64,000 nt of DNA, taken from the NCBI RefSeq assembly GCF_006345805.1, contig NC_042997.1, positions 116,498,001 to 116,562,000 on the forward strand. Direction: 5' to 3'. Both the position numbers and the translations under genes were made by a program. Source of the stretch: Octopus sinensis (taxonomy: Eukaryota). This document shows positions 1 to 12,614 of the stretch, piece after piece. The notes under the pieces were generated by a model that was not told the DNA's origin, made no database searches, and saw only the letters and a program-made list of their open reading frames with translations. Position 1 is the stretch's first letter. Each line of letters starts with the position of its first letter.

Positions 1-2584
1 TTTTACGTGCCACCAGCACAGGTGCCAGGGGAGGCTGGCAACGACTACAATTGGTTGGTGCTTTTTATGTGCAACCGGCACAGAAGCCAGTCAAGGCGAC
101 GCTGGCATCCATGCATATAAATACACTCTCTCTCTTATACTTGTTTCAGTCATTTGACTGTGGCTATGGTGGAGCAGCACCTTTAGCAAATCTATAAACT
201 TAAAAGTGAAAACACCTCACAGTTAACACAAGGCAAGATACTACATTGGCTTGTAAACCTTTAATGTACTTGATTTCAAAACAAAATACGATGTCTTTGC
301 TAGCAATTACTAAAATCTATACTATTTCAACAATTTAATAAAAGTATGTATTTATTTTAGGAAATTAAAAAGTACTGAGAAGGTTCTAGAATCTTGGTTA
401 CTGGGCTATGACACTGTTTTGTAGCTTTAGCTAAATTCTTCATTCTACTTCTAAGGTTTCTTCAGAACATTAAAAAAAAAACCCACAAAAATCATACAAG
501 TAATATTACGATATAATTTGTTTCACATTCGAAAAACTCTTCAGCACATTAATGTTTTCGATTTCATAAGAAAAAAAAAATCGATTAAGTTTTGCTTTTT
601 TCCATTTTCTGTCTTTTAATTTCTTATTTGTATTGAATTGTAAATGTCTAGAACAAAGGTTGCATGATAAATAAATACTTTCCAAATATTACTAATTTCT
701 TAATCTTTTCTTTTTTTTTTCATCTGGATTTAGTTTAAGATTCTTAAAAATATAAAATACCAATACACAGTTAAAGAACAAAGCAATCACTCAAATTACC
801 GATCAGAAAATACTATTAAAAAAGTAAATGACATTTCAGATATTTTTCTTTAAGGAAATTAGAATTTTATATTTGTGAATATTATTCATGCAAGTTATTA
901 ATTAAAATCAAGTAATTGCTTTTTTATAAGAACGAGATACATGGCAAGCTCCTGTTCACAACTAGCTGTATTCTAGCGACACTGTTATACATGCACACCC
1001 ACACACACACACATATTCATACATACAGACATACAAATGTAAGAATACATGTAATCTGTCTGTCTGTCTGTCTGTGCAGCGGCATTTTATGCCTGTTTTC
1101 CAGGTGAGCATATGTGAGATGGTTAGAAAGGCACCAAACAAATCAGGGCACTGCATTGCACTTCAATGTCTCAGTTTAGGCATGGTTTCTACAGCTAGAT
1201 GCTCTTCTTAACACCAATCGCTTCAACCCTTTAGCATTTAAACTGGCCATACCCAGCCCAAATATTCTACTTGTTTTATGCTCAAACTGGCCAGATTCAG
1301 CCTCTCACACTGACCCTACAATGTCATTCTAAAAATAAAAACAATCACATCATTGAAATCTCAAAGATCTGAGATAATGCATGATCAGGTCGAAACAATA
1401 TGAATAAATAACCATTGGGTTTGAGAGAGCAATCTGAATGCAAAAGGGTTATAGGGGGTACTGGGTGCTTTTTATGTGACACCAACTTTAGTAGGGCCAC
1501 TTTGCAACTTACAAGAGTAGAAAGTTTAAAGCGACCTCCCCACATACACACAAGCATGCACACACATACATACGCACACATCATCATCATCATCATCATC
1601 GTTTAACGTCCGTTTTCCGTGCTAGTATGGGTTGGACGGTTCGACCGCGGTCTGGGGAGCCAGGGGCTGCCCCAGGCTCCAGTCTGGTCTGGCAGTGTTT
1701 CTACAGCTGGATGCCCTTCCTAACGCCAACCACTCCGCGAGTGTAGTGGGTGCTTTTTACGTGCCACCTGCACAGGTGCCAGAGGGGTCTGGCATCGGCC
1801 ACGATCGGTTGGTGCTTTTTTTTTATGTGCCTCCGGCACAGAAGCCAGTCAAGGTGGTACTGGCATTGGCCACGTTCGGATGGTGCTTTTTATGTGCCAC
1901 CGGCACAGAAGCTATTCGAGGCAGGGTTGGCATCGGTCACGTTCGGATGGTGCTTTTTATGTGCTACCGGCACAGAAGCCAGTGGAGGCTGCACTGGTAA
2001 CGGCCACGTTCGGATGGTGCTTTTTATGTGTCACCGGCACAGGTATCACAACTACTGTTTCCATTGATATTTGGTTCGATGTTCATGTACATGCACTTGT
2101 CAACAGGTCTCCTCAAGCACAGCGAGATGTTCCGGGATCCCACGATCGGTTGGTGCTTTTTATGTGCCACCTGCACAGAAGCCAGTCGAGGCGGTGCTGG
2201 CATCGGCCACGCTCGGATGGTGCTTTTTATGTGCCACCGGCACAGAAGCCAGTCGGGGCGGTGCTGGCATCGGCCACGTTCGGATGGTGCTTTTTATGTG
2301 CCACCGGCACAGAAGCCATTCGAGGCGGGGTTGCCATCGGTCACATTCGGATGGAGCTTTTTATGTGTCACCGGCACAGAAGCCAGTGGAGGCTGCACTG
2401 GCAATGGCCACGTTCGGATGGTGCTGGCGGGGTTGGCATCGGTCATGTTCGGATGGAGTTTTTTATGTGCCACCGGCACAGAAGCCAGTGGAGGCTGCAC
2501 TGGCAACGGCCACGTTCGGATGGTGCTTTTTATGTGTCACCGGCACAGGTATCACAACTACTACTGTTTCCTACCTTCATAAAA

Positions 2585-4130
2585 TGCAACAAAGGCAGAG
2601 ATGTTCTTGAAAGAAGCACCAAGTTCAAAAACAGCAAAAAGACTAATAAGTCGCACAACTAATTAGGAATGAAATTAGCTTAGATGAGACACAGATCAGC
2701 TATGTGCCAGAAAGGGGTACCACAGATACCCTCTTCCTAGTAAAATGACTACATGAGTTCTTAGTAAAAAAAAAGAACTCTAGCATTCATTGATTGAGAA
2801 AAGGCCTATGACCCTAACACAGGGTGAAACACACCATGCTCTGGTAGCCACAAAGGTAACTAGATGTAGAGAAATGGCTTGTGAGAACTGTGCAAGCCAT
2901 GTACAAGGATGCTATCAGTAAGGTGAGAATAGCAACAAGTTCAGCAAGGAATTTAATGTGCAGATAAGTGTTCATCATAGTTCAGTCCTCAGCCATTATT
3001 TGTTGTCTTCAGCCTTCATTTATACAAGGTGGCAAGCTGGCAGAAATGCTAAGCGGTATTTTGTCTGCCGCTACGTTCTGAGTTCAAATTCCACCGAGGT
3101 CGACTTTGCCTTTCATCCTTTTGGGGTTGATTAAATAAGTACCAGTTATGCACTGGGGTCGAAATAATCGACTTAATCCATTTGTCTGTCCTTCTTTGTC
3201 CTCTCTGTGTTTAGCCCCTTATGGGTGGTAAAAAAATAGGTATACCTTGCACAACAAAAAGGTAGTTAGGGACCCTGTCAGGGCTGGTGCTACATAAAAA
3301 GCACTCTTATAATAAATTCTTTCAAATGCTTGGAGGGTTCTCTAAAAGTAACATATAGCTTTTGTTATTCAAATGTTTGCATTCTTCCCATTGGTGAAGA
3401 GTGTTTTGAAGAACATAGCCAGAACAAGAATGGGTTAGAAAAAGTTAAGAAAATGATAACCTCTGTTAGTATTAACCCTTTTGATACCAACATGGCTGAA
3501 ACTGCCTCTGGCTCTGTAGTACAAATGTCTTGTTTTCATAGGTTTTAAATTAAAATCTTCCACCAAACTTCAGTCATAACTTATGTTCCTAACACTAGCT
3601 TACTGATAACAAAGTTATTTTACTAAATTCTTTGTTATATTTAAAATCAATTGAAAGAAACACAGAGCATCTCAAAATAAATACGGTAATGAAAGGGTTA
3701 AAGGGATTCTCTCTGAGAGAGATAATTTTGCGAATGCTAGTGAAATATTGGCATTGAATGGTAAGAATATGTGGAGGATAGAGAGAAATGTGATGAGCAT
3801 GCTGTGCTGGATCGTAATGTTAAGAGGAATGAATGAAGGAACAGGGAAACTTGGATCTAAGACAAATCAGTTGTGGCACACAAAAGAGGAGTCTGTGTTG
3901 GTTTCGAGATATGATGCTTAGAAAGAATGGCAGATGGATGAAGATGTACCAAGGGATGAAAGTGGAAGAGCTTACAGAAGAGGAAGACTGAAAGAAACAT
4001 ATAAGGAATAAGTGATGAAAATTGAACTCTGGATCTCATAGAGAGGATGACAAAGAACTGCAAGAAGTGGTGAGACACTCTGATGGAGAAGACTCTGCCA
4101 ATTGATACAAGAATGGAAACTGACAGACTG
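2585..4130 (+). mobile_element. Highly degenerate RTE-type LINE relic interrupted by a SINE and a MITE
   Basis: Translatable remnants of ISLDETQ..VP.RGTTD, EKAYD and WLVRTVQAMYKDA.SKVR at 2660-3010; degenerate 3' part at 3700-4130. Confidence 0.7.
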
Positions 4131-4236
4131 ATGTTGATAACATGTGTGAGTGTGTGTGTGTGTGAGCAAGAGAGAGAGAGACAGACAGAGAGAGAGAGTC
4201 AGACAGAGAGAGAGAGACAGACAGAGAGAGAGAGAC

Positions 4237-4299
<63 letters not shown>

Positions 4300-4779
4300 A
4301 CATGTGTATGCACGACTGTGTGTGAGCAAAATGTATACAAACATACACCCTTCACATTTACAAGCTAGAACACAACAGACAAGTACATACACATACTCAT
4401 GCACAAATGCAAAAATCAATTGTTGAGACAAAACAATTTTTCTTTAAAAAAAACTACAGATTTTGATAATAATTTATTGATTTCAAAATATTTCAAAACA
4501 ATAAATTTCTCCGATATTAATATTAACAAGCAAAATAAAAGTTATTGAAATATTCAGAAAATTTTTCATTATTTTTGAGGGCTGTTTTTTCCTCCCCTAG
4601 TATTTATTCTTACAGACTGATCAATGTAAATGCATATGCATATATATATATATATATCAACTAATCTATGCATATATAGTCTTCTCTTAATTCAAGTTGG
4701 TAATCCAATATAGACAGACTAAAATATTGCATGGAAGAAAAACAATGAATGAACATTCTGGAAGTGAGGAAACAAAATT

Positions 4780-5035
4780 AGATGTGTTTAAATTAGTTTT
4801 AGCCTCATAACTTTGTTGTCTAAGTTTAAACAATGCTGAAAAATGTGGATGGTCGAAGAGTGGAGTAAAACAAATGATTGAAAGCAAGCAACATCAGAGT
4901 GATGAGACCTGGGATAAATCTAATTGGTTTGATTAAGAAGCTTGTGATATCAAAAACAAAATCAAACCAAATATTTACAAAGTACAGTCAAAGGATATAA
5001 GTATGTTTGACACTCTGGATAAATTTAATATTATA
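4780..5035 (+). mobile_element. LINE ORF2 relic (post-endonuclease region)
   Basis: AEKCGW...KSNWFD*EAC resembles the PWFD.EC motif of LINE ORF2. Confidence 0.4.
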
Positions 5036-8000
5036 GAGTGAGCAGAGGCACATGGATTGATACTCAGCTCATGATTGTAAGGTCATGAGGTCAATTCCCA
5101 GCAGTGTGTTGTTTCCTTAAGCAAGACACTTTATTTCACATAACTCCAGTCCACTCAGCTGGCAAAAGTGAGTTGTAGCTGTAATTCCAAAGGGCTAACC
5201 TTGTCACATTCTGTGTCATGCTGAATCTCCCTAAGCACTGCACTAATGGCATGTGTGTCTGTAGAGTTCTTGGCCACATCATCATCATCAACGTTTAACG
5301 TCCGTTTTCCATGCAAGCATGGGTTGGACGGTTTGACCGGAGTCTGGGAAGCCAAGAGGCTGCACCACGCTCCAGTCTGATCTGGCAGTGTTTCTACAGC
5401 TGGATGCCCTTCCTAACGCCAACCACTCCGAGAGTGTAGTGGGTGATTTTTACGTGCCACCGGCACAGGTGCCAGGGGAGGCTGGCAGCAGCCACGATCG
5501 GTTGGTGCTTTTTACATACCACCTGCACAGAAGCCAGTCAGGGCAGCGCTGGCATCAGCCACATTCGGATGGTGCTTTTTACGTGCCACCGGCACAGGTA
5601 TCACAACTACAATTTCCATTTGATATTTATTTTGATGTTGATGTACTTGACTTAATAGGTCTCCTCAAGCACAGCAGGTCATGTGCCACCGGCGCAGAAG
5701 CCAGTCAAGGCGGCACTGGCATCGGCTACGTTCGGATGGTGCTTTTTACATATCGCTGGCACAGGTATCACAACTACAATTTCCATTTGATATTTATTTT
5801 GATGTTGATGTACTTGACTCAATAGGTCTACTCAAGCACAGCAGGTCACCCTACAATCTAACGTAAGCACAGCAGGTCGTTCTGCAATCCAAGGTACTTT
5901 GGATGGGCTGGGGCTATGCGAAACTGGTACAGGAAGCAGCCATGAACTTACATTATTTGTCGAGTCTTTGCAGTCACAGCATATCTCCAGAGATCTCAGT
6001 CTTTCGCTATTGCCTCTGTGAGGTCCAATGTTCGAAGGTCATGCTTGACTACCTCATCCCATGTCTTCCTGGGTCTACCTCTCCCCATGTGGATGCTAAT
6101 CAGTCTGTTCAGGTGATTGGATCATCTGAAACCCTCAATGTCATAACTGATGCAATGCCAGTAGTATGAAAGAGTATCACCATTATCCTCTCCATTTAAC
6201 GTCTGTTTTCCATGCTGGCATGGGTTAGACAGTTTGATAGGATCCAGTGATCATCAGGGCCACAATAAACTCCAATGTCAACTTTGGCCTAGTTTCCAGA
6301 GTCAGGTGCCCTTCCTAACACCGACCACTTTACACTGTGTACAGGGTGCTTTTCCTTTTGCGCCTCGAGCATTAGGGAGGTCACCAAGTAACTTGCAAGG
6401 CAGGAAAGGTACAGGAAAAGAACCCCTGGACTGAGTGTGAAGGGGATTTGAGGAGGAGTAGGAAAGTTGCTTTGTGCCAGGTGTTGAAGGGTTAAAGTAT
6501 GATATGAAGGACAAGAGCAGAACCTCTTTTTTGTATGTTTGTTATTTTTGGTGTGTAGCAACCAATCAATGTTAACGACAGACTGAATGCAACCCAGTCA
6601 TGATAATTAACTTTAATAAAAATTTACTTTCTACCTATCTCCATGTATGCACACATATACACATACATAAATATACATGCACAGACACACGTATATAGGT
6701 GCATGTGTACAGACATGGAGATACATGTGTGTATACACACACACACATATATATATACACAAATACATACACATACACATATACACTTACATACACACAC
6801 ATATACATTTACATGTAAACACATACATACATATACAGTAGAGTGGTGAAAAAAGGTATTTTTACACAGATTTTTGAAATGCATTTTCAAGAATATATTT
6901 TTTTACTGTGAAATCCTTTAAAAACAACTCTGTTAAAATCTGAAGTACTTAAATTTACATCTTCAGGCTCCACAGCCCACTTGAAATTTTGAATAATGGG
7001 AGAAAAATCAATTTATAACAGGTTTGCCTTTCCTCATTTTATTTTATATATCCATTGTTACGAATCAATTCTCTTTTGCGGAATCCTTTAAAAACAAGAG
7101 TGTTAAAATCCCAAACTCTAACATTTATATCTTCAGGCTCCGCAATGCATTTGAAATTTTGGAATTATATAAAATAAATCAACTTTTCGACTATTTATTG
7201 TTTTTAATACTAGGTCACCAAATATGTGTATTACATGAGGTGTAGATAACACACACAAACATTAAAATAAAATTGCATCGAAACCAATTTTTGATTCTTG
7301 ACACATTTTGGTGATAAAAATAATTAACATAGATGCAGGAGTGGCTGTGTGGTAAGTAGCTTGCTTACCAACCACATGGTTCAGGGTTCAGTCCCACTGC
7401 ATGTGTCTTCTACTATTGCCTCGGGCTGACCAAAGCCTTGTGAGTGGATTTGGTAGACGGAAACTGAAAAGAAGCATGTTGTATATATGTATATGTATAT
7501 ATATTATATATATGTGTGTGTGTCTGTGCTTGTCCCCCCCCCCCCCCCCAACATTGCTTGACAACCGATACTGGTGTGTTTATGTACCCGTAACTTAGAA
7601 GTTTAGCAAAAGAGAACGACAGAATAAGTCCTGTGGTCGATTTGCTCAACTAAAGGCAGTGCTACAGCATGGCTACAGTCAAATGACTGAAACAAATAAG
7701 AGTAAAAGAATAGCAATTCAAAATCCTCTGCTGACATAGTAGAGCCATTGTGATCTGACCAATTCTTTCTAAACAACCTCTGAGTGTTCTGTTTAGACAC
7801 TGCTTAATCTAGCCTGCCAATGATCATTTTTCAAGTAGTCCATTGATCCTGTAAAGAATCTTGTTCTCTCTGTGGTACTTTTTTGTCTCTACTACAACTG
7901 CAGTTTTTAAAGGAGTTGCACTTGCAACAGGAAATGTCAAATAAATCTTTTGTTGCATTGTTTTTAAACACATTACACTTTGAAACGATGGCACATTTTT

Positions 8001-8261
8001 TCTATTTTCCACAGATTTTAGTAATGCTTGGTACTTTAGATAAAAGTTTAAGATTTTTGGTCCAACTGACTCAATTGCAACACAAAAGAAGGATGCCTTT
8101 TGCCAAAGAAGAATTATCTTTCCTGCTACAGTCTTGACAATTTGTTTAATTGAAGGGTCTTTCCTAACTACATTCTTTTCTACTGTTCTATATTTAAGAG
8201 AGAAGGAATTATTTACATTATTTACATTTGACGGATATTTGTCCTCATCTTGTTTGTTGTT

Positions 8262-8307
8262 AACACAATGTTTCGGCTGATATACCCTCCAGCCTTCTTC
8301 AGGTGTC
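8262..8307 (-). ncRNA. Minimal type-I hammerhead ribozyme motif (best-preserved copy)
   Basis: GACAC-CUGAAGA-A-GGCUG[GAGGGUAUAU]CAGCC-GAAA-C-AUU-GUGUU. Stem I is 5 bp, stem II is 5 bp and the core is intact. Predicted cleavage between 8267 and 8266. Confidence 0.75.
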
Positions 8308-8386
8308 TTGGGGAAATTTCGAACCTGGGTTCTCATTCCTGATGTATTTTTTGATATTATTATTATTATTATTATTATATATGCCT

Positions 8387-8697
8387 ACGGCATGTGGAGA
8401 CGCAATGGCCTGGTGGTTAGGGCAGCGGACTCGCGATCGGAGGATCGTGGTTTTGATTCCCAGACCGGGCGTTTTGTGTGTTTATTGAGCAAAAACACCT
8501 AAAAGCTCTACAAGGCTATGGCAGGGGGTGGTGGCGACCACTGTTGTATTCTTTTGCCACAACTTTCTCTCACTCTCTCTTCCTGTTTCTGGAGTAACGC
8601 TGTGATGGACCGGCATCCCGTCCAGCTGGGGGGAACACATACGCCACAGAAACCGGGAAACTGGGCCCATGAGCCTGGCTAGGCTTGAAAAGGGCAA
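8387..8697 (+). mobile_element. SINE family D (head atgtggaggcgcaatggcc..gtggttagggcagcggactc); other copies 43950-44170, 58005-58190, 62010-62292 (-)
   Basis: A/B-box-like head and a shared body ttgagcgaaaacacctaaagctccacgaggct. Confidence 0.8.
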
Positions 8698-8708
8698 AAA
8701 GAAAGAAT

Positions 8709-8940
8709 GCCCATGGCATAGTGGTTAAGAGCATGGGCTACTAACCCCAAGATTCCAAGTTTGATTCCAGGTAGTGACCTGAATAATAATAATAATATCG
8801 AAAAATACCTTAGGAATGAGAACCCAAGTTCTAAATTTCCCCAAGACACCTGATGGAGGCTGGAGGGTATATCAGCTCAAACATTGTGTTAACAACAAAC
8901 AAGATGAGGACAAATATCCATGAAATGTAAATAATGTACA
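8709..8940 (+). mobile_element. Short repeat family F: tRNA-like head, (AAT)n linker, hammerhead-bearing tail. Other copies 8214-8378(-), 42393-42560(+), 51940-52180(-), 52183-52312(+)
   Basis: A box TGGC(A/G)TAGTGG, B box GTT(C/T)GATTCC, loop CT-ACT-AA, then a shared tail aggaatgagaaccc...gacacctgatgaaggctg...cagccgaaacgttgtgttaac...gtaaataatgta. Confidence 0.85.
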
Positions 8941-9532
8941 TCCTTTTTTTTTTCATTCAAATAAAACACATTTTACTATGTCCTTGTAAGTTGGTAAAAC
9001 TCGTTAAGATCACATGGAGTACCAAATATTGGGCATTCAATAACATGATGCATTACCAGTTTATGAGTCATTACTAAATGTAAACAACACTAAATTAAAC
9101 ACAGTCATTAATTTTAATACAATGGCCTAAAGTCAAGGTACAAAGCAGAAAACTTGACCATTGCAGTGGTACTGGAGAGAAGTTCACACTCTTGTTCTTT
9201 TTATGGTCAATGCAGAACCTCAAGATATTAGTCAATTGTATTGAAACTTGATATGTAACCTCTTGAGGAAACTATATTTACTTAGGATGATATATTTACA
9301 TAGCATTCTGCTATGAAGAAATATGTATTTGCTAGGACTTATGATTCAGGAAATCCAAAATTCGACCAAAAATAGTGATTTTTAAAAGTTTCAATTGCGT
9401 TGCGGAGCCTGGAAGAAATATTTAACCGCAAAGTTCTTTATACATCTTTCTTTTAACCCTAATACGCAACAAAATATTGATTCTTGGTTACCAATTTCAG
9501 AAGTTGCATTTTTTGCTCCACCCTAATATATA

Positions 9533-10754
9533 GGGTGTGATGGGTAATTTGTCACCATTTTATATTTTCAATTTCACACATGCACAGTGTTTGTTTTTCA
9601 CTTTGTTGACTACAGAGTATAGTAGGGTCAGTTGGGCACTGTCTGTGAGAAAAATGCAATTCACTCAAACAGAAATTTAGAAACAAACTGCCGTATTGTT
9701 TGGCATTCGTGCTGGAGGCTCCAATATAAACATTTCAGAGTTTTTAGGTGTCAATCTGAGGACAGTGCAGAGGATTCAGAAAGAATTGGATGAGTCTAAA
9801 GGTGATTATGAAGGTATAGCAGCTTAGAAAATACACTCTGATCATTCTGATAAGAAAAGAACTCCTGAATTTGTTGGCGAGATCCAGGCCATGATTGACA
9901 ATGATCCCTCCAAATCAATTGGGTCCATTGCCAGGTACATGTGAGTTTCAGGCAGTGTGTGAAGACATTCGGTATTCCTCATACAAGATGAGAAAGGGCC
10001 AATTTTTATCCTAAGCCATCAAGTAGAAGAGGAAAGACTGCACTGCAAAGCTTTATAACAAACTCAAACATCCCCTCCAACTGAACATGCTTTGGTTTTT
10101 TACAGATGAGAAAAATTTCTGCCAGGAACAGATGGTGAACACACAAAACAACTGTTGGCTTGCTGTGGCCCCAAAACATGTACCAAGAGCGAGAAAAACA
10201 AAATATCCAGTTGACATCATGGCGTCTGGAATGATCACTAGGGACAGCGACATTATGCCTCCATTCATCTTCCCACACGGCCTCAGACTCAACACAGAGA
10301 CCGACATCAACTGCCTGGAGGAGGTAGTGCTGCCCTGGGTCAAGAGGTTGGCTATTGGAAGACCCTATGTCTGGCAACAGGACTCTGCACCATGCCACAC
10401 AAGCAGGAGAACCCAGTCATGGCTGTCAGACAATTTCTGCGACCACATCACCACTTAACTCCACAGACTGCAAACCCCTTGATTATTATGTGTGAGTTGC
10501 AATTGAACGAGAGACCCACAAAACTCCATGTAAAACCAAAGATAAACTGAAGGCAAGAATTATGAAAGCATTCGGCAACTTAAACAGAAACGTCATCTGG
10601 AGGCTATGGTTGAAGTCAATGGCGATTTTGTTGAATAGATTTACTCTTTAGGATTTCAAGATATTTTTATGCTATTTTGCTAAATCTATCTGTTAAAATG
10701 AAATGTCAGTGTTATTTTCATTTTTGTGTAATTTAGACGACAATTTATTCACTG

Positions 10755-10761
<7 letters not shown>
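9533..10761 (+). mobile_element. Degenerate Tc1/mariner-superfamily transposon, probably maT/DD37D type
   Basis: ORF 10087..10458 reads WFFTDEKNF...YVWQQDSAPCHTS, followed by an out-of-frame ..DCKPLDYYV. Imperfect terminal repeats. The D37D spacing needs a short deletion restored (inference). Confidence 0.8.
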
Positions 10762-10834
<73 letters not shown>

Positions 10835-12538
10835 TATATATATACACACACACACACATACATACATACACATATATATACACACACACATACACACATA
10901 TACATGTGCATAAAGACGCACACACACATACAAGCATGTACATATATATATATATGTATGTACACACATACATGCATGTACATATATATATATATATATG
11001 CTCATAATCTCACACACACACATACATACATGTGCATATATACACACATACATACACATACATGCATATGCACAAACATGTACATATATACATATGCACA
11101 CACACTGCATGTACATGCAATTACATATATGCACATAATCACAGACACACACAGACACACACATACGCACACACACAAACAGGACAAATAATAATTCAGA
11201 AACAATATTTTCCTACTGCTGACTTGTTGAATCTAAATGATAAAAACGTTTAATCTATTTATTGTAAAAGAGAAGATATAGATTTCAATTTTTGAAATTA
11301 GTTGAAAAATTTAATTAATTAATATTCAAGCAGTCAATAAGTCAATATTCCAAATATTTTCTTCTTCATTAATAAATTGCTATTGATCACTAAATATACA
11401 ATTTTCACTACTCACTGGCTTATCTCTTCCTATATTTAATCACAAACCGAATCAGTGATTGTTAAATTATCAAATTTGGAACAGAGAAATTTTTCAACCA
11501 GCAGAAAGAAATTGGAAAGAAATTAGGAAATGCAGTTCTGATTTGCTGTGAGAATATAAATTAATGCCAGTAACACCACCATTGTCACTGCCAGTACCAC
11601 CACCAGCACCACCGTTATCATCACTGCCTTTGTCACCACCACCTCTACTACTACTACTACCACCACAACCTCTATGACTATTATTATTACTACTACTACC
11701 ATCACCACCAACGATATGTGTCACCAACACTTTCACTGCCCCCAACCACCTCTATTACTACTGACACCACCACCAACTCTACTACTGTTACTACTACTAT
11801 GACCACTAGCACCAGCACTACCACCACCCCTACTATGACTACTACTATGAGCGCTGCCGCCACCGCCGCCATCACCACCAATCGACTGCCCCACTCCTCT
11901 AAAATTTCGGGCCTTGTGCCTAGAGCAGAAAAGAATATTCAACTTATAAAAGGAACCAAAACCAGTCTTTTGACAATGTGTCCGATACCCTGACCACTAA
12001 ACCTCTCCTTACATATGTGTGTGTGTGTGTGTCCCTCCACCCACCACTTGACAACTGGGGTTGATTTGTTTATGTCTCTGTAATGTAGAAGTTTGGCAAA
12101 GGAGACCAATAGAACATGTACCAGCTTAAGAAAGATAAATACTGGGATCAATTTATTCAATTAAAACAAGGCAGTGCTCCAACATGGCTGCAGTCTAATG
12201 ACTTAGATAAAAAAAGATGATCATATTTGGAATACCTTTGATCATAAAACAGCTGAATCAGAACTTGAGGGGGAGGGGGTGCATGAAATAACAACAACAA
12301 CAACAACAACAGCAGCAGCAGGTAGATAGACAACAATTATAAAATTATTAAAAACCTAGAAAAATTTATCACAGAATTTCAATGAAGCTAAATTAATTAT
12401 AGAATTACAAAAGAAAGAAAATCTAATTAATTAACCGTTATTAATTCTATCAAACACAAAATATGACTTTCTATTTGCTTCTGTAATTAATAAACGATTA
12501 TTTCTTACTATATATGTCTGTTTTTGTATTTTTCTCAC

Positions 12539-12614
12539 GTCATCAAATTGTAGATTTATTAATTTGGGGATCAGCTTCACAAACTGTACGGCACACATCA
12601 GTAACTCATCAGAA
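12539..12614 (-). CDS. STK36: STK36 exon (SDELLMCAVQFVKLIPKLINLQFDD), last exon found in the window
   Basis: Long T-rich tract then cctacag|, GAC|gtgaga donor, 76 nt, phase 2-0. Aligns with the vertebrate ...F..L..KL....DD segment. Confidence 0.85.

Noticed and set aside
1632-2662. Overlapping 100-260 aa ORFs with repeated FYVPPAQ / VLFMCHRHR
   Set aside because: They are translations of the family C tandem modules in several frames, not a gene.
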